Shown here: positions 53,857-64,000 of the stretch, piece by piece
How the letters are laid out: every line of letters begins with the position of its first letter
How positions within the stretch are numbered: position 1 is the stretch's first letter
Assembly (NCBI GenBank): GCA_018712545.1
Contig: DVGV01000036.1
Location: 26,404-90,403 of the forward strand
DNA length: 64,000 bases
DNA from: Candidatus Coprenecus merdigallinarum
GTDB lineage: Bacteria; Bacteroidota; Bacteroidia; Bacteroidales; UBA932
Direction of reading: 5' to 3'
Notes under the pieces: model-generated
Seen by the model: the letters and a program-made list of their open reading frames with translations, nothing else
Database searches by the model: none
Told to the model about the DNA's origin: nothing
Translations under genes and position numbers: made by a program

Positions 53857-54994
53857 ACTGGAGAGGCTGTTCGGTCCTGACTGAGTAAGGCTGGCCGCAG
53901 TCAAAGAAATAGGTCAGCCGCGGGTCCACATACAGTCCCAGGAAATCCAGGAAACGGTATTCGAAGCCAAGACCTACATTGGCTGACCACTGGACGCCGC
54001 GGGCTTCCTTTTCCTGCTGGTATTTCACGGAATATAAGTCAGTAATACTGTACGAGAGCCTGACTGCACGCTCAAGCATACCGCCTGCACCGGCATAGAA
54101 CGTAAGCCTGTCATTGGAAAGGATATTGACGTAAAAGTTAAGCGGAATGCCGAGATAGTGCACCGACTGGTCGACGGATGCCTGGTACTGACGGTCCACC
54201 AAAGCCTCGTAGCTGCTTTTTAGAAAGGTGTAGTTGAGTCCGAGACCGACTCCGAGACGGTCGTTGAGGAAAGAATATTTCAACTCAAGACCAACAGACA
54301 CGGGGAAATGGTGCGCAGGCTCGGAAACAGGGACGATACCGGTATAAGAAGCTGAGGCTCCGGAACCCCAGGTATAGTCAGGCTGGGAAAAATCCACATT
54401 GCCGGTTGCACGGGTAGGCGAGACATTGCCTCCTGCAGACATGGAAAAAGAAGGCCGCATCCGCTTTTTCCGTACCGGTTCCTCACTCTGCCTCACCAGT
54501 GCTGTATAGGAATCCATGCCGGATGTACGGTCATAGATCGTAGGAGCACCTCCGGAACGGGCGGCCACAGGGTCTGCAGCCTCCGTCCCGGACGGCAAAC
54601 CGGGCTGAGCTCCGGTTCCGGGCCTGGGCGCAGCTATATCTGCGGGCTTCCCGGACATGGAAGTCGTTGCGGGAGCCGTCAGACGGGGGAGAGTCTCCAA
54701 ATAAATATCCGTCCTGACCGAGGTTCCGACGGCCGGCGCCTCCGGAACTTCCACTTCCGCCAGCTGCATTTCCGGAGTTCCGGCCGCATCATGCTGCGGA
54801 CGCAGGAAAACCGAAAGCGCAAGACACGCCGCTACTGCAGCTGCGGCAGAGACATACGCAATCCTCTTCCATACAGCCCTTACACGCATCCTGCCGATAC
54901 CCGACTCGATCCTGTCCCATACTTCCGGGGCAGGGATTTCGGAGCAGGAATCCAGCATTTCCTTAATCTTCTTGTCGAATAATTCCTCTTTCAT
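53816..54994 (-). CDS. Putative anti-sigma factor with one TM helix and a C-terminal outer-membrane beta-barrel-like domain
   Basis: ATGA-coupled to the upstream ECF sigma gene. It has a cytoplasmic about 40-aa N-terminus, the TM helix IAYVSAAAAVAACLALSVF, a Pro/Ala-rich linker, and a C-terminal about 200 aa of alternating beta pattern ending ..LQMGFRFHIGS. Confidence 0.6.
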   Translation of the reverse strand: MKEELFDKKIKEMLDSCSEIPAPEVWDRIESGIGRMRVRAVWKRIAYVSAAAAVAACLALSVFLRPQHDAAGTPEMQLAEVEVPEAPAVGTSVRTDIYLETLPRLTAPATTSMSGKPADIAAPRPGTGAQPGLPSGTEAADPVAARSGGAPTIYDRTSGMDSYTALVRQSEEPVRKKRMRPSFSMSAGGNVSPTRATGNVDFSQPDYTWGSGASASYTGIVPVSEPAHHFPVSVGLELKYSFLNDRLGVGLGLNYTFLKSSYEALVDRQYQASVDQSVHYLGIPLNFYVNILSNDRLTFYAGAGGMLERAVRLSYSITDLYSVKYQQEKEARGVQWSANVGLGFEYRFLDFLGLYVDPRLTYFFDCGQPYSVRTEQPLQFSLQMGFRFHIGS

Positions 54995-55554
54995 TTTCTA
55001 CTTCTCTTTTCCTGCAACTTCTCCTGCAGCCATACCCTGGCCCTGCTGAGCTGTGATCTTGACGTACCTTCGGATATCCCTAACTCCCGGGATATCTCTT
55101 GATGCGAATACCCTTCTATCACGCTCATATTGAACACAGTCCTGAAACCTTCCGGCATCTGCTGCATCATCCTCAGGATATCCTTGCCTCCTATGCCGGA
55201 CAGTATATCCTCTCCGCTGCTCACACTGCGCGCCGCCACGTCATCCACATCCGCCGCTCCGCGGAGGACATCTCCCTTGCGCAGTTTCATCAAGGCCGTA
55301 TTGACAAATATCCTCCTCATCCATCCCTCGAGGGAACCGGTTCCGCTGAATGTGGAAATTTTCGAGAAAACCGTTATAAAACCCTCCTGCAGCAAGTCCT
55401 GAGCCTCGACCCTGTCTTTGGAATACCGCAGACAAACGACAAACATACGGGAGGAAAACCTCTCGTACAAAGCTCTTTGAGCTCTTCTGTCCTGTCTGGT
55501 GCATCCCAGGACCAGATCTTCTTCAGTACTTAGGTCAATACTGCCTGACGACAT
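54991..55554 (-). CDS. ECF-type RNA polymerase sigma-70 factor
   Basis: Region 2 (DLLQEGFITVF) and region 4 HTH (IEGYSHQEISRELGISEGTSRSQLSRAR). Confidence 0.9.
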   Translation of the reverse strand: MSSGSIDLSTEEDLVLGCTRQDRRAQRALYERFSSRMFVVCLRYSKDRVEAQDLLQEGFITVFSKISTFSGTGSLEGWMRRIFVNTALMKLRKGDVLRGAADVDDVAARSVSSGEDILSGIGGKDILRMMQQMPEGFRTVFNMSVIEGYSHQEISRELGISEGTSRSQLSRARVWLQEKLQEKRSRK

Positions 55555-55617
55555 TCTGTTGCCTTTTTATTAGATGCAAAAATAATTCAATTTGCTGCAT
55601 CTTCGGCTCGAATATTG

Positions 55618-55625
55618 TATCTTTG
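55618..55625 (+). promoter_or_regulatory. Bacteroidota -7 box (TATCTTTG)
   Basis: Exact TAnnTTTG 22 nt upstream of the ATG at 55647. It overlaps the alternative TTG at 55623, which argues for the ATG. Confidence 0.55.
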
Positions 55626-55646
55626 TCCGAAGATATTTTTTCATAC

Positions 55647-57353
55647 ATGAAACTTACTGTATTCAAGATTACACTGCTGGCAGCCGCAGTCTCTCTCCTT
55701 GCATGCAGGGCTGAGGCGGCGGCAGGTGATAAAGACTCTGTCCGCGCCGCGGACTATTATATAGAAGGTGTACGCTCATACTGCGCAGGAGATTACAGTA
55801 CAGCCGGCTCACATCTGACCAAATGCCTGAGGCTCGACCCGGAAAACGATGCCGCAATGTACTACCTGGCCATGATAAGCCTTAGCGGCAATAACACTGA
55901 CAGGGCTATGGAACTGCTGGACAGAGCATCCGGAATATCACCGGAGAACCCATGGTACCGGCTGACCGCAGCCAGGCTGTACAGCACCCTGGGAGAGACA
56001 GACCTGGCGATAGGCATCTTCGAGGAGCTGATACAGAAGCATCCGTCCAAGAGCGACTATTACTACGAGCTGGCGGACCTGCTGGTACGCGGCGGCAGAC
56101 TGGACCAGGCTCTCGAGGTCATTGACCGCATAGACGAGCTGCGCGGAGTCGACGAGCTGACCAGCGGCGCCCGCTACGAGATACTCATACGGCAGAACCG
56201 TCTGGAAGAGGCAGAGGCAGTAGCGGTCAGGATGGACCGGGACTTTCCATCGGCCCGCACCGCACTGCTGTTGGGAGACCTCTACAAGTCCAGGTACGAC
56301 GACTCCACGGCCCTGCACTACTACAGGAGGGCTCTGGAGCTGAATCCGGAATTTACCCCTGCCTATTTCGGAATAGCAGACGTCTACCGCATGCAGCGCA
56401 ACTTCTACAATTTTTTCAAGAACATCAACGTCTTCATGTCCAGTCCTGAGATGAACCCAGAAATAAAGGCGTCATACCTCAACGAGGTGGTCTTCCCCTC
56501 CGGCATGCTCCAGGTCTTCCGGCCTCAGATCGACACCATCATGACCAACCTCCTCAGGGCCCATCCCTCAGACTCTACCATCCTCAACATGACAGGCTCC
56601 TATTATGTCGCCATGGACAGCGTGCAGAAAGGTCTCGAGCTCCTGCAGCGCAACGTCACGCTGCATCCGGAAGTACGCTCCGCCCATTCAGCCTATATGG
56701 GCCAGCTCTATTACCTGGAGGACTGGGACAGGCTGATACCTGCCGCACAGGAGTGCGTCAGGATGTTTCCCGAGGACTTCACGATGATGGAAGTGCTTGC
56801 TGTTGCCTACTGGCAGGACGGGAACATCGACAGAGCCATAGACATCTACCATCAGATACTTAAGGTCCTGCCGAAGGACCACCCCATGCTCATCAACTGC
56901 TGCGGCTCGCTGGGAGACCTCTACCACGAGCTGGGCAACCGCCGCAAATCCTATTCCTGGTACGAGAAGGGCCTGAAGATAGACGACAACTACAACCCCA
57001 TACTGAACAACTACGCCTACTACCTCAGTGAAGAACGCCGCAACCTCAAGAAGGCGATAGAGATGAGCCGCAAAACTGTCCTCAGCGAGCCCGAGAACGC
57101 GACCTATCTGGACACCTACGGCTGGCTGCTCTACCTGACCGGGGACTACGAAGGCGCGAGAAAATACCTCAAGGAGGCCATGGTCTACGGCGGCAAGGAG
57201 AGCGCGGAGGTACTGGACCACTATGCAGAGGCCCTTTTCGCCCTCAAGGAATACAATCTCGCCTTCCTGTACTGGGGCAACGCCGATAAGCTCGACCCCA
57301 GCCTGGGAATCAGTGCAAAAATAGAAGAACGCAGAAAACAGGCAGGCAGATAA
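55647..57353 (+). CDS. Secreted tetratricopeptide-repeat (TPR) protein
   Basis: Signal peptide MKLTVFKITLLAAAVSLLAC. Many 34-aa A/Y/L-pattern repeats (e.g. ALHYYRRALELNPEFTPAYFGIADVY). Confidence 0.8.
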   Translation: MKLTVFKITLLAAAVSLLACRAEAAAGDKDSVRAADYYIEGVRSYCAGDYSTAGSHLTKCLRLDPENDAAMYYLAMISLSGNNTDRAMELLDRASGISPENPWYRLTAARLYSTLGETDLAIGIFEELIQKHPSKSDYYYELADLLVRGGRLDQALEVIDRIDELRGVDELTSGARYEILIRQNRLEEAEAVAVRMDRDFPSARTALLLGDLYKSRYDDSTALHYYRRALELNPEFTPAYFGIADVYRMQRNFYNFFKNINVFMSSPEMNPEIKASYLNEVVFPSGMLQVFRPQIDTIMTNLLRAHPSDSTILNMTGSYYVAMDSVQKGLELLQRNVTLHPEVRSAHSAYMGQLYYLEDWDRLIPAAQECVRMFPEDFTMMEVLAVAYWQDGNIDRAIDIYHQILKVLPKDHPMLINCCGSLGDLYHELGNRRKSYSWYEKGLKIDDNYNPILNNYAYYLSEERRNLKKAIEMSRKTVLSEPENATYLDTYGWLLYLTGDYEGARKYLKEAMVYGGKESAEVLDHYAEALFALKEYNLAFLYWGNADKLDPSLGISAKIEERRKQAGR

Positions 57354-58522
57354 TGAAAAAAACGGTCATAGTAATAATCACCGCATTGCTGGCAGTCCTT
57401 CCGTCTGCCGGACAGGACCTGCAGGAGCACCGCGAGCAGAAAAAACAGCTCGAGGAGGAGATAGCCATGATCGACAAACAGCTGGAAGCCACCGGCAAAA
57501 AACGGCAAAAAGGCCTCAACACACTGATACTCACACGTCAAAAACTGCAGGCCAGAGAAAAGCTTATCAAGCAGCTGGACGCCGAAATCTCCGGATACGA
57601 CCGCTCGATATCCTCGGCCGGCATGCAGATCAAAAGACTCAACGACCGACTGGACACTCTCCGCAAATACCATGCGGATCTGGTGCTCGGAGCTTACAAG
57701 ACCCGTGACAACAAAGTCTGGCTCATGTACATCCTCTCCAGCAAGGACATCAACCAGGGCCTGCGCCGATGGTCCTATCTCAAAAACATCTCCAGATCCA
57801 TACGGGAACAGGCAGAGGCCATCCGGAACACCGAGCTTGAGCTGCAGCAGGAAAGCGCCCGCCTGGAACAGCTCAAGGCGGGTTCCATGCAGACCCGCAA
57901 CGAGCGGGAAAAGGAAAGGCAATCCCTCAGTTCCGAGGAACGTGAGGCCAATTCCTTGGTAGTCAAATTATCACGTCAGGAGAAAGCCATGCAGCGTGAG
58001 CTGCGGCAGAAGCAAAAGGAGGTAGAGCGTCTCAACAAGGAGATAGAGCGTATCCTGGCCGAGGCAGTCCAACAGCAGAAAGACGGCACAGGGGAGAAAG
58101 TGGACTACGCCCTCTCCGCCAAGTTCGGAGACAACAAAGGCCGGCTGCCGTGGCCGGTAAAGGGAGTGGTCATCCAGAAATTCGGACAGAACTACCATCC
58201 CGTCTTCAAGAACCTCAAAATGCCCTACAACAACGGCATCAACATCTCTGCCGCCGCCGGCAGCACAGCGTGCGCCGTGTTTGACGGAGTTGTCAAGCAG
58301 ATACTGGTCATGCCGGGCTATGACCAGTGCGTGCTTGTCCAGCACGGCGAGTACTTCACATTCTACTGCAAACTCAAGAGAGTCTACGTCAAGGCCGGTG
58401 ACCGTGTCTCCACAGGCGGCCGCATCGGCGACATCAGCCTCAACGAAGACGGTAACGCGGAACTGCACTTCCAGCTCTGGAAAGGCACCGCCAAGCAGAA
58501 CCCTGAAAACTGGCTGCGGTAA
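57353..58522 (+). CDS. EnvC-like coiled-coil / M23 (LytM) peptidase-domain protein
   Basis: Long coiled-coil N-terminal half and a C-terminal M23 fold (..GYDQCVLVQHGEYFTFYCKL..LHFQLW). TAATG overlap with the TPR gene. Confidence 0.85.
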   Translation: MKKTVIVIITALLAVLPSAGQDLQEHREQKKQLEEEIAMIDKQLEATGKKRQKGLNTLILTRQKLQAREKLIKQLDAEISGYDRSISSAGMQIKRLNDRLDTLRKYHADLVLGAYKTRDNKVWLMYILSSKDINQGLRRWSYLKNISRSIREQAEAIRNTELELQQESARLEQLKAGSMQTRNEREKERQSLSSEEREANSLVVKLSRQEKAMQRELRQKQKEVERLNKEIERILAEAVQQQKDGTGEKVDYALSAKFGDNKGRLPWPVKGVVIQKFGQNYHPVFKNLKMPYNNGINISAAAGSTACAVFDGVVKQILVMPGYDQCVLVQHGEYFTFYCKLKRVYVKAGDRVSTGGRIGDISLNEDGNAELHFQLWKGTAKQNPENWLR

Positions 58523-58541
58523 ATCCTCTGTCAGGCAATCA

Positions 58542-60239
58542 TCAATATTCGAAGCTGCTGCCTCCGATGAACTCCCTCATCACGGAAGTCGGCGGTATGC
58601 AGTCTATCTCGTCCGGTGTCAGTGGAGCAATGTAAGACAGGAACTTGAGCAGCCGCACGCTCTCGGAGTAAGCCTCCGACAGGGGCGGGATGCGCTCGAG
58701 CAGGGGCTCGGCATAGTAGCGGAGCAGGGGCAGCTCGAAGAGCAGGGCCGAGTTGAACATCGCATCGGCATTCTCCTGATAGGGGAAAATGTTCTTCTCC
58801 TCCCCGGCGCGGACACTCTTCCAGCGGAGGATGGTATCCTCGGGGGTAATGCCCCGGGTGAAATTGTCCCGGACCATGCGGCGCAGCAGGCGGTTATCGG
58901 CGGTCGAGATGTAGTTGTTCTCATCCACAGACAGGGAGGTCAGGGCGGAGGCAAAGACGCGGAAGACCTTCTCCCCGTCTATGTGCTTGGTCAGCTCGGG
59001 GTTCAGGGCGTGGATACCCTCCATGATCAGGATATCGCCCTCGCGCATCTGCATCCTGCGGCCGTCGAAGCGGCGGCACCCGTTCACGAAGTCGTACTTG
59101 GGCAGCTCCACCTCCTTACCGTCGAACAGGTCGTTGAGCTGGGCTCCGAGGAAGGGCAGGTCGAGGGCATAGATGCTCTCGAAATCGTACTCGCCGTTAG
59201 CGTCCTTAGGAGTCTTGTCCCGGTCCAGGAAATAATCGTCCATGGCGATGACCAGGGGGCGGAGTCCCAGCACCCGGCACTGCATGGCTATGCGCTTGGA
59301 GGTAGTGGTCTTGCCGCTGCTCGACGGACCGGCGATCAGCACCAGCTTGACAGTATCCCGCCTGTCGTAGATGCGGTCGGCTATCTGCGCGTACTTGCGC
59401 TCGTGCAGGGCCTCTGCCACGGCTATCAGGTCCTTGGCCTCCCCGCGCCTGACGGCCTCGTTGACCGAGCCGATGCCATGGGCTCCGAGGATGGAGCACC
59501 AGCGGGAGTTCTCCTTGAATACGGCGCTGAGCTTGTCCTGGTACTTGTAGGGCGAGATTACCGACGGGTCAGAGGCCGAAGGCGACTGGAGGCAGAAGCC
59601 GTCCCCGTAGGGTATCAGGTCGAATACGCCAATCTCTCCGGTACGCTCCAGCAGCGGGCCGTAGAAGGTGTCCGCATAGCCGTCCAGCCAGTACACCGAC
59701 ACGAAGAACTTCTCCATATCGGCCACCAGCGAGGCCTTCTCCGGCCGGCCGTTGTCGCGGAAGAGCCGGGCCGCCTCGTCATTGGTCATCTTCTTTTTCT
59801 CGAAAGGCAGGTCCGCGGCTATTATCTCCGCCATCCGCTTGCGGAGGGCTCCCACCCTGTCCGCTCCTGCCGGTTCGGTGACATATACCCTGTCTCCGGT
59901 ATCGCGGCGCAGCTCGCCGTACAGGCCGTTGGGCAGGGTGTAGTCCAGGAAAAGGCTGAGGTCCGGGAACAAGTCCACCGCCGCCTTCTGCAGCACGAAC
60001 GACAGGGAGCGGGAATAGGTTCTGCGTCCGTCCGGATGCGTGCAGTCCAGGAACTTGACGGTGTGCGGAGTATATATCGGGAAACTCAGTTCCTTGAGCA
60101 TGTTGTCCACCAGCGCTGCCACCACCGGATATCTGCACCCGGTGTCGATCTTCCGTGCCAACTCGCCCACCGTCGTCCCGGGAGCGCAGTCGTAAAAACC
60201 CTGCAGGCTGTCGCAGTATACCGTAATCATATCTTTCAT
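58542..60239 (-). CDS. Uridine-kinase/phosphoribulokinase-family P-loop protein with an N-terminal TGS-like domain
   Basis: LIAGPSSSGKTTTSKRIA Walker A within a PRK/Udk-like domain. The N-terminal about 250 aa resemble the TGS/ThrRS-associated fold. 565 aa. Confidence 0.7.
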   Translation of the reverse strand: MKDMITVYCDSLQGFYDCAPGTTVGELARKIDTGCRYPVVAALVDNMLKELSFPIYTPHTVKFLDCTHPDGRRTYSRSLSFVLQKAAVDLFPDLSLFLDYTLPNGLYGELRRDTGDRVYVTEPAGADRVGALRKRMAEIIAADLPFEKKKMTNDEAARLFRDNGRPEKASLVADMEKFFVSVYWLDGYADTFYGPLLERTGEIGVFDLIPYGDGFCLQSPSASDPSVISPYKYQDKLSAVFKENSRWCSILGAHGIGSVNEAVRRGEAKDLIAVAEALHERKYAQIADRIYDRRDTVKLVLIAGPSSSGKTTTSKRIAMQCRVLGLRPLVIAMDDYFLDRDKTPKDANGEYDFESIYALDLPFLGAQLNDLFDGKEVELPKYDFVNGCRRFDGRRMQMREGDILIMEGIHALNPELTKHIDGEKVFRVFASALTSLSVDENNYISTADNRLLRRMVRDNFTRGITPEDTILRWKSVRAGEEKNIFPYQENADAMFNSALLFELPLLRYYAEPLLERIPPLSEAYSESVRLLKFLSYIAPLTPDEIDCIPPTSVMREFIGGSSFEY

Positions 60240-60240
60240 C

Positions 60241-63093
60241 TTATAGTTTCAATAGGGATCTAAGGTAGGGACCGGTGACCGAGGCGGGGTCGGCGGCGAC
60301 CTGCTCGGGGGTGCCCTGCGAGACGATGCGGCCTCCGTCGCGGCCCCCTGCCGGGCCCATGTCGAAGAGGTAGTCCACGGACTTGAGTACGTCCAGGTTG
60401 TGTTCGATGATGACGACAGTGTTGCCGCCCTCGGCCAGACGCTGGAGCACGTTCATCAGCACGGCGATGTCCTCGGAATGCAGGCCGGTAGTCGGCTCGT
60501 CGAGAATGTAGAGGGTGCGTCCGGTATCCTGCCGGGCCAGCTCGGCCGCTATCTTGACCCTCTGGTTCTCTCCGCCGCTGAGGGTCAGGGAGGACTGTCC
60601 GAGACGGATGTAGCCGAGACCCACGTCCTCGAGGGTCTTGAGCTTGCGGGCTATCGACGGTACGGGGGCAAAGAACTCCACGGCCTGGGAGATGGTCATC
60701 TCGAGGACGTCGTTGATGCTCTTGCCCTTGTACTTGACAGCCAGCACGTCCGGGTTGAACCGCTTGCCGTGGCATTCCTTGCAGGTGACGGTCACCGAAG
60801 GGAGGAAATTCATCTCGATGACCTCCACCCCCGCACCCTTGCAGGCCTCGCAGCGGCCGCCCTTGACATTGAACGAGAACTTATTGGACTTGAAACCGCG
60901 GATCTTTGCGTCCGGAGTCTCGGCGAAGAGATTGCGGATGTAGGTGAGCACGCCGGTGTAGGTCGCGGGGTTGGAGCGCGGGGAACGGCCCACCGGAGAC
61001 TGGTCTATCTCCACGAGCTTGTCGATGTTCTCCAGGCCCTCCAGTTCCCGGTACGGCAGCACCTTGTATTTCGAGCGGTAGAGCCGGTTGCTGATGACCG
61101 GCATGAGGGTGTCGTTGATCAGGGAGGACTTGCCGCTGCCGCTGACTCCGCTGATGCCGATGATGCAGCCGAGCGGAAGGCTGATGTCCACGTCCTTGAG
61201 ATTGTTGCCGGAGGCCCCGCGGAGAGTGATCAGCTTCCCGTTGCCCGGACGGCGGTAGGACGGCACCTCTATCTGCCGCGTTCCCTTGAGGTACTCGAAG
61301 GTAAATCCCCCGTGAGCCTCCCTGTCGATGACCGGCAGATCTGCCGGCAGCCTGAACGCAGGGTCCAGCTTCAGCTGCGGCGGCCCGCTGAAAAGCACCT
61401 CGCCGCCCTTCTCGCCCGCGCCCGGACCGATGTCCACTATCCAGTCCGCACTGCGCATCATCTCCTCGTCATGCTCCACGACCATGACCGTATTGCCCTC
61501 GTCGCGCAGCCGCCTGAGGGAGTTGATGAGTTTTATATTGTCCGACTGATGCAGCCCGATGCTGGGCTCGTCGAGGATGTACAGCACATTGACCAGCTTG
61601 GAACCGATCTGGGTGGCCAGACGGATGCGCTGGCTCTCCCCTCCGCTGAGCGACATAGTGCTGCGGCTCAGCGAGAGATACGACAGCCCGACATCCACCA
61701 GAAAGCCTATCCGCTCCCGGAGTTCCTTGACGATATCGGCGGCCACCGCCTGCCCCCTCGGGTCGAGTTTGTCCTTCAGACCGCCCACCCAGTCGTAGAG
61801 CACGCTCACGTCCATGTCGCTGACCTCCGCGATGTCCAGCCCTCCGATCTTGAAGCAGAGCGAGTCCTTACGGAGCCGCTTGCCGTGGCACTCCGGACAC
61901 ACCACATCGCTCGAATACCTGCTGGCGACGCTGTCATCCTCCTCGCCGTCCCCCTCGAACCGCGAGAGCAGCCCCGGGAAGGTGATCATCTCCGAGAGCC
62001 CGCCGCGGGTATCCACCCGGATCAGGTCCTCCGAGCCGTTGAGAATGATGTTCATTGTCTCCTGGGGAATGTCCCTGATCGGGTCGAAAAGGGAAAAACC
62101 GTATTTGCGGGCCACTGCCTCGAGGACAGTGAACACCACATTGTCCCGCTTCTTGCCGAGAGGGGCAATGCCGCCGTCCGCGATGGACAGCGATGGGTCG
62201 GGAACTATCTTGGCCATGTCCACCTCCCGGACGGTGCCGAGGCCGTTGCACACCGGGCAGGCTCCCGCCGGGGAGTTGAAGGAAAATGTATGGGGCGCCG
62301 GCTCAGGGAAGGATATTCCGCTGTCCGGACAGATAAAATGCTTGCTGAAATGGCGGACCTCCCCCGTCTCAGGGTCGAGAATCATCAGGGAGCCCTTGCC
62401 CTGCGTCAGGGCGGAGAGGACCGAGGCGCGGATCCGCTTGCCGTCCTCCTCCTTGGGCACTACCCGGTCGATGACCGCCTCGATGAAATGCACCTTGTAG
62501 CGGTCCACCCCGGAGGCCATATCCCCGAGCGGACGGATTTCCCCGTCGATGCGGGCGTATGACAGGCCCTTCTTGAGCAGGCTGTCGAAGAGTTCGCGGT
62601 AGTGGCCCTTGCGGCCTTTGACCAGAGGGGCCAGGATAATGCACTTGCGGCCGGCGTACTCCTTCATGATCAGGTCCACGATGCCGGAGTCGGTGTATTT
62701 GACCATCGGCTTGCCGGTTACGGGCGAATAGGCCGTGGAGGCCCTGGCGTAGAGGAGACGGAGGAAGTCGGAGATCTCCGTGATGGTGCCGACGGTAGAA
62801 CGGGGGTTGCGGTTGGTGCTCTTCTGCTCTATGGCGATGGTAGGGCTGAGACCGTCGATGCTCTCCACCTCCGGCCGCTCCATCACGCCGATGTAGTGCC
62901 GGGCGTAGGCGGACAGGGTGTCCATGTAGCGGCGCCGGGCCTCGGCGTAGATGGTGTCGAAGGCCAACGACGACTTGCCGCTGCCGCTCAGGCCGGTGAT
63001 GACCACGAGGGCATGCCGCGGTATCCTCAGGGAGATGCCCTTGAGGTTGTGGACCGAGGCCTTGCAGATGTCTATGTAGCCGCTGTCCTGCAT
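60241..63093 (-). CDS. uvrA: Excinuclease ABC subunit A
   Basis: Two ABC modules ([28 protein letters not shown]), Zn-finger CxxC pairs, [12 protein letters not shown] and [12 protein letters not shown]; 950 aa. Confidence 0.95.
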   Translation of the reverse strand: MQDSGYIDICKASVHNLKGISLRIPRHALVVITGLSGSGKSSLAFDTIYAEARRRYMDTLSAYARHYIGVMERPEVESIDGLSPTIAIEQKSTNRNPRSTVGTITEISDFLRLLYARASTAYSPVTGKPMVKYTDSGIVDLIMKEYAGRKCIILAPLVKGRKGHYRELFDSLLKKGLSYARIDGEIRPLGDMASGVDRYKVHFIEAVIDRVVPKEEDGKRIRASVLSALTQGKGSLMILDPETGEVRHFSKHFICPDSGISFPEPAPHTFSFNSPAGACPVCNGLGTVREVDMAKIVPDPSLSIADGGIAPLGKKRDNVVFTVLEAVARKYGFSLFDPIRDIPQETMNIILNGSEDLIRVDTRGGLSEMITFPGLLSRFEGDGEEDDSVASRYSSDVVCPECHGKRLRKDSLCFKIGGLDIAEVSDMDVSVLYDWVGGLKDKLDPRGQAVAADIVKELRERIGFLVDVGLSYLSLSRSTMSLSGGESQRIRLATQIGSKLVNVLYILDEPSIGLHQSDNIKLINSLRRLRDEGNTVMVVEHDEEMMRSADWIVDIGPGAGEKGGEVLFSGPPQLKLDPAFRLPADLPVIDREAHGGFTFEYLKGTRQIEVPSYRRPGNGKLITLRGASGNNLKDVDISLPLGCIIGISGVSGSGKSSLINDTLMPVISNRLYRSKYKVLPYRELEGLENIDKLVEIDQSPVGRSPRSNPATYTGVLTYIRNLFAETPDAKIRGFKSNKFSFNVKGGRCEACKGAGVEVIEMNFLPSVTVTCKECHGKRFNPDVLAVKYKGKSINDVLEMTISQAVEFFAPVPSIARKLKTLEDVGLGYIRLGQSSLTLSGGENQRVKIAAELARQDTGRTLYILDEPTTGLHSEDIAVLMNVLQRLAEGGNTVVIIEHNLDVLKSVDYLFDMGPAGGRDGGRIVSQGTPEQVAADPASVTGPYLRSLLKL

Positions 63094-63095
63094 GC

Positions 63096-63770
63096 CTATG
63101 CGTTCTGCTGCCGGTCTATCTCCCTTGCAATGATATCTTCCAGGAATGGATTGGTCATCTTCTCCCGTCCGATGTCGGTGGCGGGACCGTGACCGGGATA
63201 TACCACAGTATCCACGGGCAGGGGCAGTATCTTGGTGCGGATGCTCTCACTGAGCAGGTCGAAGTCCCCTCCAGGAAGGTCGGTGCGTCCGATGCTGCCA
63301 CAGAAGAGGGTGTCGCCGGTGAAGACGTAACCGCCCTTCTCATCGTAGAAGAGCACCCCGCCGGCGGTGTGTCCGGGGGAGGCCAGTACTTTAAGCCGTA
63401 TGGTACCCACGCTGATGATGTCCCCGTCCTGCATGTCGCGGATATTGTCCTCCGAAGGCTGCTCGAACTCATAGCCGAAATAGCTGCCGTAGGAGCTGGC
63501 ACGCCTGAGCTGGGGGATGTCGGCCGCCGCCAGATATGTGGGGATATTCCATTTCGAGGCCACGAAGGCATTGCCCATCACATGGTCGAAATGGCCGTGG
63601 GTCTGCAGTATCATCCTGGGATGGAGATGCTTCTCCTCTATGAATTTCACCAGTCTGTCCTTCTCCGACTGCTTGATGCAGCCCGGATCGATTATCGCGC
63701 ACTCGCCTGCCTCATCGTAGAGCACGTAGCAGCAGGTGCGCAGGTCGTTGAAATAGAATGTCTGAATCAT
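63096..63770 (-). CDS. MBL-fold metallo-hydrolase (glyoxalase II-like)
   Basis: THGHFDH metal motif, SPGHTAGG, and TGDTLFCGSIGRTD. Confidence 0.85.
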   Translation of the reverse strand: MIQTFYFNDLRTCCYVLYDEAGECAIIDPGCIKQSEKDRLVKFIEEKHLHPRMILQTHGHFDHVMGNAFVASKWNIPTYLAAADIPQLRRASSYGSYFGYEFEQPSEDNIRDMQDGDIISVGTIRLKVLASPGHTAGGVLFYDEKGGYVFTGDTLFCGSIGRTDLPGGDFDLLSESIRTKILPLPVDTVVYPGHGPATDIGREKMTNPFLEDIIAREIDRQQNA

Positions 63771-63813
63771 GTAGCAAAAATAGCAAGATTTACCGAATCT
63801 CGGCTATTTTAAC

Positions 63814-63821
63814 TAAATTTG
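63814..63821 (+). promoter_or_regulatory. Bacteroidota -7 box (TAAATTTG)
   Basis: Exact TAnnTTTG 22 nt upstream of the ATG at 63843. Confidence 0.5.
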
Positions 63822-63842
63822 GAGTCGGAAACGAAAACGCGC

Positions 63843-64000
63843 ATGACCATGGACACACAGCAGAGACTATACCCGATAGGCATACAGACATTCGCGGATA
63901 TACGGAATGAGAATTACCTGTACATCGACAAGACCGAATACGTGTACCGCATGACCCACTCCGGGGCAAAGTACATCTTCCTCAGCCGCCCGAGGAGGTT
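63843..64000 (+). CDS. AAA-ATPase-like (PF09820-type, PDDEXK-associated) protein, N-terminal fragment running off the window
   Basis: [47 protein letters not shown] is the characteristic N-terminus of the 'predicted AAA-ATPase' family common in Bacteroidales. Confidence 0.75.
   Translation, partial: MTMDTQQRLYPIGIQTFADIRNENYLYIDKTEYVYRMTHSGAKYIFLSRPRR

Noticed and set aside
1-64000. Looked for CRISPR-like regular direct repeats, tandem arrays, IS elements/transposases, integrases, reverse transcriptases, toxin-antitoxin pairs and multi-gene defence islands.
   Set aside because: None was seen by eye or in the ORF track. The only defence-related sequence is the degraded Abi_2 remnant. A computational repeat or HMM scan could still find things I missed.

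Overview
This is a GC-rich Bacteroidota (Bacteroidales-like) chromosomal segment made up almost entirely of core and housekeeping genes. The taxon call is an inference from three things: many exact TAnnTTTG -7 promoter boxes, near-absence of Shine-Dalgarno sites, and gene content. I could not run any search, so all product calls rest on motifs I recognise in the supplied translations.

I support about 56 protein genes:
- Efflux and envelope: an RND/TolC efflux tail, a short LysR regulator plus a class-C beta-lactamase-like hydrolase, lpxL-like, waaA, mlaEF, and an ECF sigma / anti-sigma pair.
- Translation and cell wall: pepD, rpsF-rpsR-rplI, murF, dut, tsaC, tsaE, rsmE.
- Metabolism: an [FeFe]-hydrogenase-like gene, a flippase, a cyclophilin, glnA-like, folP, ispF, an S9 peptidase, a PfkB kinase, and nadB with a fused nadC-nadA.
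- Repair and other: a patatin/beta-barrel protein, mutL, comM-like, a TPR protein and an M23 protein, uvrA.

There are also 2 tRNAs (Met-CAT, Gln-CTG), several intrinsic terminators and promoter boxes. I saw no rRNA, CRISPR array, transposase/integrase or multi-gene defence island.

The least ordinary features are:
1. Two paralogous candidate small-RNA loci of about 80 nt (about 18.3 kb and 31.3 kb, minus strand). Each has a sigma-54-type -24/-12 promoter (one is a perfect TGGCACG-N4-TTGCA), a conserved 34-nt 5' block and its own unrelated terminator hairpin.
2. An 11-kb SusC/D-less minus-strand operon (GH31, GH84, GH20, NupG-like MFS, Asp-box propeller lipoprotein) that looks mucin/O-glycan directed. 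Its GH31 ends in a tandem dockerin-like plus cohesin-like module.
3. A continuous NadC-NadA fusion ORF.
4. An AT-richer 0.7-kb insert carrying an internally deleted Abi_2-like gene. It is flanked by an exact 23-nt direct repeat derived from the 3' end of ispF and sits next to a 112-nt GC-rich nested palindrome.

None of these is proven. The sRNA pair is my best candidate for something undescribed.
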